From an uncultured bacterium (GTDB lineage Bacteria; Desulfobacterota_D; UBA1144; Nemesobacterales; UBA2774): a stretch of 64,000 bases of DNA. The DNA lies in NCBI GenBank assembly GCA_963705505.1, contig CAVPJU010000006.1:1-64000 (forward strand). Reading direction: 5' to 3'. A program made the position numbers and the translations under genes. Shown in pieces: positions 1 through 11,477 of the stretch. The first letter of the stretch is position 1, and each line of letters opens with the position of its first letter. The notes under the pieces are model-generated. The model had not been told where the DNA came from. It worked only from the letters and a program-made list of their open reading frames with translations, and searched no databases.

Positions 1-328
1 ACATCCCTATATAGCCCGCAAGAGCCGAGCAGCCCGCTCCGAAAAGAAATGCTACAGTAGTACGCCAGGCGGCATCCTTATCGCCGGCGAGGAACCAGTA
101 AACCAGGAACATGAGAGCCGCGAGAGCGAGACTCATCATGGTAATCGTCGAGTACTGCCTCTTGAGGAACGCCTCGGCTCCCTCCTTTATCGCGTTACTT
201 ATCTCCTGCATCGCGGTTGTACCCATATCCGAGCTTAGTACAAACTTGGCCAGATACCCGGCAAATGCCAGAGAAAGCACACTTATACCCAATACAAGCA
301 AAATTAGTGTGTGGCTGCTTATCTCCAT
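1..328 (-). CDS. hppA: Membrane-bound H+/Na+-translocating pyrophosphatase, N-terminal part (runs off window start)
   Basis: Not in ORF track. Manual translation from ATG at 328: MEISSHTLILLVLGISVLSLAFAGYLAKFVLSSDMGTTAMQEISNAIKEGAEAFLKRQY...AFLFGAGCSALAGYIGM, the typical mPPase N-terminus. SD AAGGAG upstream. Confidence 0.9.
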   Translation of the reverse strand, partial: MEISSHTLILLVLGISVLSLAFAGYLAKFVLSSDMGTTAMQEISNAIKEGAEAFLKRQYSTITMMSLALAALMFLVYWFLAGDKDAAWRTTVAFLFGAGCSALAGYIGM

Positions 329-548
329 ATCAAATTCTCCTTTGTTTTATCAATAACTTTCGGTAATTTTCAGATTAGCGTTTCACGGGAGGCGATGAAT
401 GAGCCGGGACGGTTCCTTCTTGTTCCGGAAATGCCTGATTTGAAAAATAGAAGTGAGCGCACAACACACACCCGGCAGGTACTATTGCTAAAATTCCCGT
501 ACCTCAATAGAAGCAATTTTTAAACTCATTCCTCCCAAAGATGCGGAA

Positions 549-576
549 AACATATCAGAAAACGCAATAAAGTCAA
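549..576 (-). promoter_or_regulatory. Putative sigma-70 promoter of hppA
   Basis: Minus strand reads TTGACT-N16-TATGTT with TGn extended -10. Confidence 0.45.
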
Positions 577-795
577 GAAATATCGGGGCACCCGGAAAAA
601 CACATCCGTAAAGCCCCCGCGGCGACCGGATCACGGGCCGATTGATTTGCGGACAGGAAGTTCTAAAATTAGGTATGCCTTAATCAGAGATAAAACAAAT
701 TTGCTCATAAATATGATAAAATTCCTAACGCTGATAGTTAATCCGACTATTATGATTGTCCGCTCCGATACTAATTCCGAAACGAGGTTATACGG

Positions 796-2625
796 ATGAC
801 CATACATGCCATGCCCCTCGTCGTCGCCGCGCTTTGCGTAATGGTGATTTTCTACAGGTACTACCACGCGTTTATCGCGGCCAAGGTCGCAGTGCTCGAC
901 GACTCCAGAAAGACACCCGCATACACGATGTACGACGGTCAGAACTACTTCCCCACGAATAAATGGGTGCTTTTCGGACATCACTTTGCCGCTATTACAG
1001 GAGCGGGACCGCTGATCGGGCCCGTCCTCGCGGCCCAGTTCGGCGTGCTCCCCGGCTATCTCTGGATACTGATAGGCGTAGTGCTTGCGGGGGCAGTACA
1101 TGACTTCATTATATTTTTCGCCTCTGTGAGACACGGCGGGAAATCCCTGGCGGAGATAGCAAAAACGGAGATTAGCCCACTTTCGGGAATAATCGCTTCT
1201 ATCGCAGTCCTTTTCATACTGGTAGTCGCGCTCGCAGGTCTCGGGCTCGCAGTCGTGAACGCGCTCGCGGAAAGCTCGTGGGGCGTGTTCACCATAGGGT
1301 GTACGATCCCAATCGCCTTTTTCATGGGCCTTTACATGTACAGGTTCAGGAAGGGAAGGATAGCAGAGGCGACCGTTATCGGCGTTATCCTCCTCATGCT
1401 CGCCGTATATTTCGGCAAGGACATAGCCCACTCTGCGCTAGCGCCCTATTTCATGCTCCCGAAAACAAAGATAACCCTGTTCATACTTATCTACGGATTT
1501 ACGGCCTCTATACTCCCCGTATGGCTACTCCTGTGTCCGAGGGACTATCTGAGCTCGTTCATGAAGATCGGAACTATCGTATTCCTCGCCATAGGGATAA
1601 TCATAGTCAATCCCGAGCTCAAGATGCCGGCGGTCACGGAGTTCATAAAGGGCGGGGGACCCATAATACCGGGGGCTTTATTCCCCTTCGCCTTTATAAC
1701 AATCGCCTGCGGCGCGATCTCCGGGTTCCATGCTCTGGTCGCGTCGGGCACTTCCCCAAAGATGGTCTCAAAAGAATCGGATATAAAGACGATAGGGTTC
1801 ATTGCGATGCTGACGGAGGGTTTTATCGCCATCCTGGCGCTGATCGCAGCAACCGCCCTTTTCCCGGGCGATTACTTCGCTATAAACGTCCCGCAGCCGA
1901 TATTCGACACACTCGGGCTCAGCACAGTGAACCTCGACCACCTCTCGGCGCAGGTCGGGGAAAGCCTCTACGGGAGGACGGGAGGGGCGGTCTCGCTCGC
2001 TGTGGGTATGGCGCAGATATTCACCGCGCTTCCGGGAATGAGCCGCCTGATGGACTACTGGTACCATTTCGCCATCATGTTCGAGGCGCTCTTCATATTA
2101 ACGACCATCGATACGGGGACCAGGGTGGCGAGGTTCATGATACAGGAATTCGGCGGAAGGTTTTATAAGCCCTTCGAGAGGGTCGATCACCTGCCGTCGG
2201 CGGTAATATCGAGCGCGCTCATATCGTGCGCGTGGGGGTATTTCGTCTTCACGGGGAGCATAAGCACCATATGGCCTATGTTCGGGACCGCGAACCAGCT
2301 GTTAGCCGGGATCGCGCTCTGTGTCGGGACCACATTCATCATCAAGCTCGGGAGGGCGAAATACGCCTGGGTTACTCTCGTGCCCATGGCTTTTGTGATG
2401 GCGACGACACTTACCGCCGCCTGGTTAAACATCACGAAGAACTATATCCCGCTCACAAGAAAAGAAGGCTTCACGGTCCAGGGTTACGTGAACATTATTT
2501 TCACGGCGGTGATGATGCTCTGCGCGATAATCATAATAATAGATTCCATAAGGGTCTGGATTAAGATGATGCCGTCTGAGAGAAAAGAGGCGCCGATTTC
2601 AGAAAAGGAGGTCGTTCAGGATTAG
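796..2625 (+). CDS. cstA: Carbon starvation protein CstA family peptide/pyruvate transporter
   Basis: 609-aa polytopic membrane protein with motifs [41 protein letters not shown] and [13 protein letters not shown]. Confidence 0.95.
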   Translation: MTIHAMPLVVAALCVMVIFYRYYHAFIAAKVAVLDDSRKTPAYTMYDGQNYFPTNKWVLFGHHFAAITGAGPLIGPVLAAQFGVLPGYLWILIGVVLAGAVHDFIIFFASVRHGGKSLAEIAKTEISPLSGIIASIAVLFILVVALAGLGLAVVNALAESSWGVFTIGCTIPIAFFMGLYMYRFRKGRIAEATVIGVILLMLAVYFGKDIAHSALAPYFMLPKTKITLFILIYGFTASILPVWLLLCPRDYLSSFMKIGTIVFLAIGIIIVNPELKMPAVTEFIKGGGPIIPGALFPFAFITIACGAISGFHALVASGTSPKMVSKESDIKTIGFIAMLTEGFIAILALIAATALFPGDYFAINVPQPIFDTLGLSTVNLDHLSAQVGESLYGRTGGAVSLAVGMAQIFTALPGMSRLMDYWYHFAIMFEALFILTTIDTGTRVARFMIQEFGGRFYKPFERVDHLPSAVISSALISCAWGYFVFTGSISTIWPMFGTANQLLAGIALCVGTTFIIKLGRAKYAWVTLVPMAFVMATTLTAAWLNITKNYIPLTRKEGFTVQGYVNIIFTAVMMLCAIIIIIDSIRVWIKMMPSERKEAPISEKEVVQD

Positions 2626-3013
2626 CTGCTCAACCGTTATCATAGTCAGGGAGAGCGATTCGGGGAGCGGGTGCATCTGCTGCTCGGGAGGCATGGGGGA
2701 GCATGCAAAAAAGGAACCCTCATACCATGAGATAAGAGAATCGGCGGGAGAATGCGGGAGACTCCACAGGGAGATACGTGAAAGGTACGGCGAAGACGAA
2801 GTGGAGATTATACAGATCGAGCCTAAAGACTATTTATACGTCATGCCCAGGGTCTTAAGAGAGATATTAAAACACGGGCAGCCCTTCATGCCGTCCGTTA
2901 AAACGCTCCTTCTCTGGCATGCTATACCCGCAGTGATCGTGAACGGAAAGACGATGAGCTCGGGAGGAGTGCCGTCGGTCGACGATATACTCAAAGAGCT
3001 CGAAGGTGTTTAA
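2621..3013 (+). CDS. CstA-associated small Cys-rich thioredoxin-fold-like protein (start uncertain: ATT 2621 or ATG 2693)
   Basis: Frame is open upstream of ATG 2693, giving [21 protein letters not shown]-terminal [13 protein letters not shown] resembles a thioredoxin-fold cis-Pro loop. Abuts the cstA stop. Confidence 0.65.
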   Translation: MSCSTVIIVRESDSGSGCICCSGGMGEHAKKEPSYHEIRESAGECGRLHREIRERYGEDEVEIIQIEPKDYLYVMPRVLREILKHGQPFMPSVKTLLLWHAIPAVIVNGKTMSSGGVPSVDDILKELEGV

Positions 3014-3930
3014 GTGAGGGTGCCTCTCCACTTTTTCCAATAGATGACGGTCGCGCTTGCGACGAATATCGAAGAATAAGTTCCGAAAAGAACGCCGAAA
3101 ATCATCGTAAATGCAAAGTCGTGTATTACCGTCCCTCCGAGCAGATAAAGAGACATCAGAACCAGGAATACGGTAAAACTTGTTAAGATCGTTCTCGATA
3201 AAGTTTGATTAACAGATTCGTTCACGATTTGTGTGAAGCCCTTCGCCCCTCCGCTCTTCCTTAAATTTTCTCTAATTCTATCGAATATGATGATGGTATC
3301 GTGAACCGAGAAGCCGATTACCGTCAACAGGGCGGCAATAATCGTCAGGGTAAACTCTTTATTAGTTATAGATATAGCACCCATAGTCATAATGGCGTCG
3401 TGTATAGTCGCTACCACGGCGCCGACAGCGAATACGAATTCAAACCTCAGCATGACATATATCATTATTCCCACACATCCGATAAGGACTGATATAATGG
3501 CCTTTCCGACGAGCTCTTTTCCCACATTAGGACCTATGTAATCGATCCTTAAAATTGTCGCGCCCTGAAGCTCGGGCTTTTCCTTTATCATGCCCTCGAG
3601 CTTTGTCCGAAAAGACTGTATCTGCTCGAATTTCACGACGTCGGGGGAGAACCTCAACAAATATTCTCTATCGCCCTCGAAACCGAGCCTCTGAACCGCT
3701 TCCGGGGGATAACCGCTGGATTTCAAAATATTGGTTAAGTCGGCTGTATTGAGGTTACTTGCGAATTTGATATGTATCTCCGTACCGCCCCTGAACTCGA
3801 CGCCCCAATTAGGTCCCTTATGATAAATAAGCGAACCGATGGCCAGGAGGCTCAATACAATTGAGAAAATGACAGCCTTGTTCATTTTCCTCACAAAATC
3901 AATTTTTGTATTAGGTTTAATTAAATCCAA
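3010..3930 (-). CDS. secF: Protein translocase subunit SecF
   Basis: Motifs GVEFRGG, IGPNVGKEL, IGFSVHDTIIIFDRIREN, SVNQTLSRT and GTYSSIFVA. Lies downstream of secD. Confidence 0.97.
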   Translation of the reverse strand: MDLIKPNTKIDFVRKMNKAVIFSIVLSLLAIGSLIYHKGPNWGVEFRGGTEIHIKFASNLNTADLTNILKSSGYPPEAVQRLGFEGDREYLLRFSPDVVKFEQIQSFRTKLEGMIKEKPELQGATILRIDYIGPNVGKELVGKAIISVLIGCVGIMIYVMLRFEFVFAVGAVVATIHDAIMTMGAISITNKEFTLTIIAALLTVIGFSVHDTIIIFDRIRENLRKSGGAKGFTQIVNESVNQTLSRTILTSFTVFLVLMSLYLLGGTVIHDFAFTMIFGVLFGTYSSIFVASATVIYWKKWRGTLT

Positions 3931-3955
3931 GTTCAGAAACCCTCCTGATCGTATG

Positions 3956-5554
3956 TCAGATGCTTAAAGCCGCGACTTTTTTATCCTGATATATATAACT
4001 TGTGATAACATGAGCTATTACCACGTTGCTGAAAAATGTCGAAATAATACCTATGCAGAGTGTCGCCGCAAATCCCTTTATGGGTCCGGTGCCGAACCAG
4101 AATAATATAAGACCGGTTATGAGCGTGGTCGTATTAGAGTCGAGCACGGTCGGAAACGACCTCTGATACCCGGCTTCAATAGCCGCATAGGGGGATTTTC
4201 CGGCCCTCAGCTCTTCTTTAATCCTCTCAAAGATGATGATATTCCCGTCTACGGCCATACCCATCGTAAGCACGAGTCCGGCTATACCGGGGAGCGTCAA
4301 CGTGACTCCGAAAGCGGACAGGAACCCCATAATAAAAAGCATGTTCAGGGCAAGAGCAATATCGGCAACAACGCCCTGAAGCCTATAGAAAATAACCATA
4401 AATATTATTACAAGCGCGCCGCCCACTATCATCGAAAGCCTTCCGCTGTCTATAGAATCCTTCCCGAGCGAGGGGCCGACCGTCTTTTCCTGCTCGACAT
4501 TCACCGGAACGGGTAGTGATCCCGAGCGGAGCACAAGCGCGAGGTCCTTTGCTTCGTCGGTCGTAAAACTGCCCGTGATCCTCCCCTGAGAAGTAATCCT
4601 CTCCTGAATGGTCGGCGCGGACTTGATCGTGCCGTCGAGGTCTATGGCAAGCCTCTTCCCCACATTTTTTTCCGTGAGCTCGCCGAATTTGCTGGCGCCC
4701 TGGCCTTTGAAGCTGAAGCCCACAGCAGGTCTGCCGAACTCATCGAATATGAGTCTCGCGTCGGACAGGGACTCACCCGTTACAGGTGAATCCGCGCTGG
4801 CGATAAAGAACTTTTCATTCTCGCTCCCGGTATCCCCCGGGATGAGCATCAGACCCTTGGCCGCGAGCTCCTCGGGGGAACTAACCCCGTATTTGGCAAG
4901 CACGGTGTCCTTGGTCGCTCCCACGTCCGTGACGATCTTGAACTGCAGCACCGCAGAGCGTTTAATAATATCGATTATCCTCTGCCTGTCCCTCTCGGAA
5001 GCGCCGGGAACCTGGATCAATATCCTGTTGGCACCCGATTTCTGTACGGAAGGCTCGACCAGCCCCATTTCCTGAATCCGGTTTTCCAATACCTGCTTGA
5101 CCTGGTCGATTGCCCTTACGCGCACGTCCTCCAGGTACCGGCTTTTAAGGACAAAGCTCAAAGACAAATCTTTCTCGTTTATATCAGCCCTGTCTTTGAA
5201 GTTTTCATCGGCTATTTTTTTCGCTTTTTCCAGGTCTTCATTCGAGAAAAATTGGATCGTTAAATCCTGTCCAGATATCTGAGAACCCTTTGAAAGCACT
5301 TTTTCTTTCTTCAGCTCCTGTCCCATAAAATCATCGATACCGCTAAGCTCATGCTCCACGGCCGATTCGCTGTCGACACCGATAAGAAGGAAAATGCCGC
5401 CCCTCAGATCGAGTCCCAGGTTTATGCCCCTGTCGGGGAAGATTTTCCCCCACCATTTCGGCAGAGCGTCGCCGGCAACCGTAGGGATCAAAAGAAGCAC
5501 GGACAGTGTTATAAGTACGAGAATTGCGATAATCCAACCCCTGGAAGCTCTCAT
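3956..5554 (-). CDS. secD: Protein translocase subunit SecD
   Basis: Motifs LGLDLRGG, LRSGSLP, VGPSLG, LTLPGIAGLVLTMGMAVDGNIIIFERIKEE and GTGPIKGFA. Confidence 0.97.
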   Translation of the reverse strand: MRASRGWIIAILVLITLSVLLLIPTVAGDALPKWWGKIFPDRGINLGLDLRGGIFLLIGVDSESAVEHELSGIDDFMGQELKKEKVLSKGSQISGQDLTIQFFSNEDLEKAKKIADENFKDRADINEKDLSLSFVLKSRYLEDVRVRAIDQVKQVLENRIQEMGLVEPSVQKSGANRILIQVPGASERDRQRIIDIIKRSAVLQFKIVTDVGATKDTVLAKYGVSSPEELAAKGLMLIPGDTGSENEKFFIASADSPVTGESLSDARLIFDEFGRPAVGFSFKGQGASKFGELTEKNVGKRLAIDLDGTIKSAPTIQERITSQGRITGSFTTDEAKDLALVLRSGSLPVPVNVEQEKTVGPSLGKDSIDSGRLSMIVGGALVIIFMVIFYRLQGVVADIALALNMLFIMGFLSAFGVTLTLPGIAGLVLTMGMAVDGNIIIFERIKEELRAGKSPYAAIEAGYQRSFPTVLDSNTTTLITGLILFWFGTGPIKGFAATLCIGIISTFFSNVVIAHVITSYIYQDKKVAALSI

Positions 5555-5939
5555 TTCTTGGATTTATCCTCCTTTTCCTTGGGCTCTTCCTTTACCGGCC
5601 CCTCGAGACCCGCTATGCCGGAGCGGCTTATGCGTATGCTCACGCCTTTCGAAATCTCAAGGGTTACTATTTCGTCTTCGGAAATGTTGACGATCTTACC
5701 GTAAATCCCGCCCGAAGTTATGACGTTATCGCCGCGCTTGAGGCTCTTGAGCATCTCGTCCTTTTTCTTGCTCTGCTTCTGCTGGGGCCTTAGGATCAGG
5801 AAATAAAAGAGCACGAATATCAGGATAAACGGGAGAAAAGCGAGAGGAGAACTGCCCGCCCCCCCTCCGCCGCCCGGAGCCTGACAACCGCCCATTGCCA
5901 TTAATGCTATCGTTACGATCGCTATTAAATTTCTATACA

Positions 5940-5940
<1 letters not shown>
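5551..5940 (-). CDS. yajC: Preprotein translocase subunit YajC
   Basis: FYFLILRPQQKQ...LKRGDNVITSGGIYGKI; located between tgt and secD. Confidence 0.95.
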
Positions 5941-7067
<1,127 letters not shown>

Positions 7068-7106
7068 TCACTTTAATGGAAGTATTAATAACCGGATAAG
7101 GTTTGA

Positions 7107-7907
7107 TTAAAGGCCGAGAACATCCTTCATGGTATAAACTCCCGCGGGTTTTCCGTATATCCATTTTACTGCGCGTAAGACTCCTTTCGCGAAATTATCC
7201 CTGCTGAACGCCCTGTGCGTGAGCTCGATCCTCTCACCGTCTCCCAGGAACATGACGGTATGCTCCCCCACGACGTCTCCGCCCCTTATCGACTGGATGC
7301 CTATCTCCCCCTTTTTCCTTTCTCCAATCCTTCCGTGCCTCTCGAACCTGGCGATCTGTTGAAAATCCTTCCCCAGACCCCGCGCGGCAGCATCTCCCAG
7401 CGTGAGCGCGGTCCCGCTCGGCGAGTCGACTTTATTTCTATGATGGGCCTCGAAGATCTCGATATCGTATTCGTCCCCCAGGGCGCGGGCGAGCATCTTC
7501 GTCGCCTCTACCATCACGTTAACCCCGATGCTCATATTCGGCGCGATAACACAGGGGAGGCCGCGGCATATTTCTTTCAGCTCTTTCTCCTCTTTGTCAG
7601 TAAAGCCTGTCGTGCCTATCACCATGGATTTGCCTTCGCCCGACGCGTATGCGGCGTTCCGGAGTGTCGATTCCGGGGATGAAAAATCAACGATCACATC
7701 CGCCTCATATGAGGATTCAGCGATATCGCCCGATATAGTAACCCCGATCTCTCCCACGCCCGCAAGAATCCCCGCGTCGATCCCCAGGGACACGTGTCCG
7801 GCAGCCTCCTTGGCTCCGACTATCTTTATCCCTTCGTCCCGGGAGAGAAAATAAATTATCCTCTGTCCCATCCTCCCCGCTGCACCCATTACAGATACTC
7901 TTATCAT
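7107..7907 (-). CDS. dapB: 4-hydroxy-tetrahydrodipicolinate reductase
   Basis: Motifs GAAGRMG, VIGTTG, APNMSIGV, EAHHRNKVDSPSGTA and RGGDVVGEH. Confidence 0.96.
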   Translation of the reverse strand: MIRVSVMGAAGRMGQRIIYFLSRDEGIKIVGAKEAAGHVSLGIDAGILAGVGEIGVTISGDIAESSYEADVIVDFSSPESTLRNAAYASGEGKSMVIGTTGFTDKEEKELKEICRGLPCVIAPNMSIGVNVMVEATKMLARALGDEYDIEIFEAHHRNKVDSPSGTALTLGDAAARGLGKDFQQIARFERHGRIGERKKGEIGIQSIRGGDVVGEHTVMFLGDGERIELTHRAFSRDNFAKGVLRAVKWIYGKPAGVYTMKDVLGL

Positions 7908-8389
7908 TTTTTATCGGTCGTATTTATCGCAGGCTCCGTCTCGATACAGTTCGCAATACAATTGCCGGCCGTCACTTTCCACTTATCGTCAAATAAACCC
8001 AGGTCATATTGGCTCCGTAGATTGAGCTCTATAACAGTACCGGTTTTGGGAGATTTAAGTGTTTGTTTCAACTCCACAATGACTATTGAAGTCCTGTCAT
8101 ATATCTGGGTTCCCAGTATTTTGAATTCATGAATGGTTATTTGATTTTGGGTGAATGTGTTTTTCATCTGTATGACATAACCTTCTTTATCAGTATATGG
8201 TACATAGGCATATTTGAATGCTTTTTCGAAATCCTGGGCTTGCAGGGCTTTGATAAATTCTTCTACGACCTTCGTCGGGGACGGGTCTATAGTCTTTCTC
8301 TCGTGGACTACGGTATCTTGCTTCCCCCCGCAGGAAAACAAGACTGTTACGATAAAAACAAGAATTGCAGCGCGATATCTATTTCCCAT
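7904..8389 (-). CDS. Putative lipoprotein (DUF4878/NTF2-like)
   Basis: Lipobox LFSC followed by SPTKVVEEFIKAL...DFEKA and a C-terminal KWKV; overlaps the dapB start (ATGA). Confidence 0.6.
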   Translation of the reverse strand: MGNRYRAAILVFIVTVLFSCGGKQDTVVHERKTIDPSPTKVVEEFIKALQAQDFEKAFKYAYVPYTDKEGYVIQMKNTFTQNQITIHEFKILGTQIYDRTSIVIVELKQTLKSPKTGTVIELNLRSQYDLGLFDDKWKVTAGNCIANCIETEPAINTTDKK

Positions 8390-8461
8390 TCGTCACCTTG
8401 ATGATCCCGATTCACAGTCAATTAGAATAAGTAGTCGGACATCATATATCAAGAATTTTTT

Positions 8462-9769
8462 CTACATCCGGCAAACCGGGCCCCCCGGACCGGACAGCCG
8501 GCTCCCTCTAGCCTTAATGCAGCCAAAGACCATATTATCCCCTTTGAGACTCCCGAGTATATCAATAGCGAAATAAATCATTAACCCGAGCTTAACGGCA
8601 AACACGAGGAGAAAAAGATTGAAGTAGCCATCAGTTATAGTACGGATATTAAAGAGGACCGGAAACTGCAGATAAGAAAGCAAATCGAGTAAAACTATGC
8701 CGATTACGTCGAACCTCCGGGCCGCGATTATTATCAGCAAGGGATTTATCCACAGTATCCACTGCGGCGAGTTTATCCTCGCAAATATTATAAATACGAG
8801 GATTGACAATGCCGACCACCTGATGACCTTATCGACCGAATCGACCCTGCTCGTCACGCATAGAGGTATGACCGAAAATTGGAGGAGGAGTGCCAGCACG
8901 GCAAAAAAAGGGTTATCTATATCCACACCGAAGCCGCGGTCGAGAAAACGGGATATCAGAAAAAATAAAGACGGCTGGTTCGTGCTCCGGGAAAGCTGTG
9001 TTATATAGGGGGCGAGCAGGCCTTTAAGGCCGCCCGACAGCAAGACAGGCAGAAGAATTATAGAACAAACAATCAGGAACACCAGAACCATCGACCAGTT
9101 AATTTTTCTTCGGAGCGTGTGATAATAAGTGAGGAACACCGGCAGCAGAAGAACGAGATACCACTTTGTCAGAAAGCCTATCGCGATTACGGACGCAGAC
9201 GATTTGAACCTGTTTCTCGAGACCAGATAAATAGAGAGGAGCCCCAGGAACGCGGGAATAATGTCGAACCTGTTGTGTGTAAAATATAGCCCCGCGGGAA
9301 GAAGCATGAGGAGAGCGAGGTGCTTGCGGTCGGGTCTCAGCTTATAAACGAGCAGTATGGAAAAAAACAGGAAAGGGACCATAAGCAATGAAAATATGAA
9401 CGAATAACGCATGAAAAGCTTATTCCTGAGATGAGGGGCAGACTGTGCATTGGCGTTCAGGGGGATATCGCTGTTGACGAAGTTTTCGAGATCCCCTATG
9501 AGACGAGTGTCCAAAGGACCGGGAAAACCCATAATCATATAAGGCAGAGCAAAGAAATAAGTGGCTGCCTGGGGATACTCGCTAGGGACTTCGGTATAAG
9601 GGTTTTTCGAGTACGGGTACCATGAGCCCCTTACCGCATAGACTATTTTATCGCCGTAATCGTTAAAATACCCGACCTCGGAGCCGAAATTCTTCCGGAT
9701 CCCCAGACTCAATAAAATCGAGGACAATAATAGCAAGCTCAGGAGTATCATTGATTTTCTTATGTTCAT
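8462..9769 (-). CDS. GT-C fold membrane glycosyltransferase (GT87/DUF2029-like)
   Basis: Multi-TM 435 aa with PY..VPSEYP, RFDIIPA, GFLTKWY and INSPQWILW motifs resembling GT87 mannosyltransferases. Confidence 0.65.
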   Translation of the reverse strand: MNIRKSMILLSLLLLSSILLSLGIRKNFGSEVGYFNDYGDKIVYAVRGSWYPYSKNPYTEVPSEYPQAATYFFALPYMIMGFPGPLDTRLIGDLENFVNSDIPLNANAQSAPHLRNKLFMRYSFIFSLLMVPFLFFSILLVYKLRPDRKHLALLMLLPAGLYFTHNRFDIIPAFLGLLSIYLVSRNRFKSSASVIAIGFLTKWYLVLLLPVFLTYYHTLRRKINWSMVLVFLIVCSIILLPVLLSGGLKGLLAPYITQLSRSTNQPSLFFLISRFLDRGFGVDIDNPFFAVLALLLQFSVIPLCVTSRVDSVDKVIRWSALSILVFIIFARINSPQWILWINPLLIIIAARRFDVIGIVLLDLLSYLQFPVLFNIRTITDGYFNLFLLVFAVKLGLMIYFAIDILGSLKGDNMVFGCIKARGSRLSGPGGPVCRM

Positions 9770-9958
9770 AAACTTTCCGTTATGTAGTAATATTGGTTCT
9801 TATCACTGTAGAGACAAGTAAAACGATGCGCAGATGAAGATTTGAAACGAAATAATCCCGCAAGCCCTATCAACGGATTCTACCATTGCATGTAATAAGC
9901 CTCAAATAAAGGTGCAAATAACGGTTAAATCGATTAAAATCCACCTAAAGCCCAGGAT

Positions 9959-10495
9959 ATGAGCCGACTCCTAGAACCCAAACCGGTGAAACTTTTTACG
10001 GGCGTCATCTACGGCCCCGAGTCGTCTATCAATGAATGTATCGGGAGCCTGAGAGATGGAATAGGGGAAATAGAGTATATGAGCGGCGACATGCCGTTTG
10101 ATTACACTAAATATTATGAAGAGGAAATGGGCACGGGTCTCAGGAGAATAATTATCACTTACAGAGACCTTATCAAGAGAGAGGAGATCGCGGAGATAAA
10201 GATATTTACAAATAAGCTGGAAGAGGTATTTTCATATGGGAATAAAAGGACGATAAACATCGACCCCGGATACATAGCCCAGGAGCACCTGATCTTAGCC
10301 ACGGGAAAAGGATATTCGCACCGCCCTTACCTCGGCAAAGGTGTATATGCCGACCTCACGCTTATATATACAAAAGATGAATTCAGAACCCTCGAGTGGA
10401 CTTATCCCGATTACGGGAGCGGCGAGATGAGGGAATTATTCAAGAAGCTGAGGCAGGAATACATGAACCAGTTGAAAGAGGTATCGAAGCAATGA
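9959..10495 (+). CDS. DUF4416 family protein
   Basis: Motifs FDYTKYYEEEMG, RTINIDPGYI, LILATGKGYSHRPYLGKGVYADLTL and WTYPDY. Confidence 0.85.
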   Translation: MSRLLEPKPVKLFTGVIYGPESSINECIGSLRDGIGEIEYMSGDMPFDYTKYYEEEMGTGLRRIIITYRDLIKREEIAEIKIFTNKLEEVFSYGNKRTINIDPGYIAQEHLILATGKGYSHRPYLGKGVYADLTLIYTKDEFRTLEWTYPDYGSGEMRELFKKLRQEYMNQLKEVSKQ

Positions 10496-11361
10496 AAAGC
10501 ATGACGGGATTCGGAAAGAGCGAAGCCGAGACAAAGTACGGCAAAGTAGTAGTTGAGGCGAGGTCTGAGAACCACAGGTTCCTCGATATAAAGATACTGC
10601 TTCCCGAATCCGTTTCTTCCATAGAGCCTGAGCTCGCGGAGACGGTGAAGAAGCTGATACTGAGGGGGAAATTAAGAATTACCGTATCACTCGAAGGGGC
10701 GAAAGCAGTCCCGCCCGTCCTCAACCTCGATCTCGCGAAGCAGCTCAGGAAGAGCCTCGAATTGCTGAAGAAGGAATTCGGCATCAAAGAAGAGCTGCGG
10801 CTTGAGCACTTCCTGACGGTCAAGGATATCTTTACGACGGAAGCGAGAGACCAGCTGAGCGGCAGTGACGTCCTCGAAATCGAGAATGTTCTCCGGAGAG
10901 CAATTCAAAAGCTCGACGACACGAGAAAGGCCGAAGGTAAAAAACTCGAAAAGGATTTCAAGGAAAGACTCGACAAAATCGAGAACCTCACACGGACGAT
11001 ATCCACGAAGAGAAAAGATTTCATGAAAACGGCTTCGCTCAAGCTCAAGGAGAGAATATCGAAGATCCTCGAGGAAAGCCAGATAGACGAGGCGAGGCTT
11101 TACCAGGAAACGGCGTTCCTCACGGAAAGAAGCGATATAACCGAAGAGTTAGTCAGACTAAAAGCGCACATAGGGAAATTCAGGGAAACGATCCGAAACA
11201 AGGGCTCTATCGGAAAAGAGCTCGATTTTCTCCTTCAGGAGATGAACCGCGAGGCCGGAACCATTGCGGCAAAAGCAAAGGACGCCGAAATCTCTCATTT
11301 CACTATCGATCTCCGCTCCGAGCTCGAAAAAATAAGAGAGCAGCTCCAGAATATCGAATAG
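10492..11361 (+). CDS. yicC: YicC/YloC family endoribonuclease
   Basis: MKSMTGFG start (ATG 10492 overlaps the upstream stop), RSENHRFLD, DITEELVRL, GKELDFLLQEMNRE, EKIREQLQNIE. Confidence 0.93.
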   Translation: MKSMTGFGKSEAETKYGKVVVEARSENHRFLDIKILLPESVSSIEPELAETVKKLILRGKLRITVSLEGAKAVPPVLNLDLAKQLRKSLELLKKEFGIKEELRLEHFLTVKDIFTTEARDQLSGSDVLEIENVLRRAIQKLDDTRKAEGKKLEKDFKERLDKIENLTRTISTKRKDFMKTASLKLKERISKILEESQIDEARLYQETAFLTERSDITEELVRLKAHIGKFRETIRNKGSIGKELDFLLQEMNREAGTIAAKAKDAEISHFTIDLRSELEKIREQLQNIE

Positions 11362-11477
11362 CCGGCCGGGCCGTCCGCGAAAATGACCCGACGGGTGATT
11401 ACAACTAAACCTCAAGGGCCAATAAAACCATAATAATAATGGCTGTTAAACCTGAATCCGGACGAGGTATTTCCGGG

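Noticed and set aside
489..530. Possible leader peptide MSLKIASIEVREF in the hppA leader
   Set aside because: The SD-like GGGAGG is only 1 nt from the ATG and is predicted to be base-paired; no regulatory codon run.
740..785. Three TCCGA repeats upstream of cstA as a regulator site
   Set aside because: Short, irregularly spaced and compatible with chance.
631..2564. Long alternative-frame and antisense ORFs over cstA (631..1431 minus, 1278..2168 plus)
   Set aside because: They fully overlap a confident gene, are Arg/Gly/His-rich with no motifs, and are expected shadows of GC-rich codon usage.
10396..10491. N-terminal extension of YicC in the ORF track
   Set aside because: It overlaps the DUF4416 gene; the family starts at MKSMTGFG (ATG 10492).
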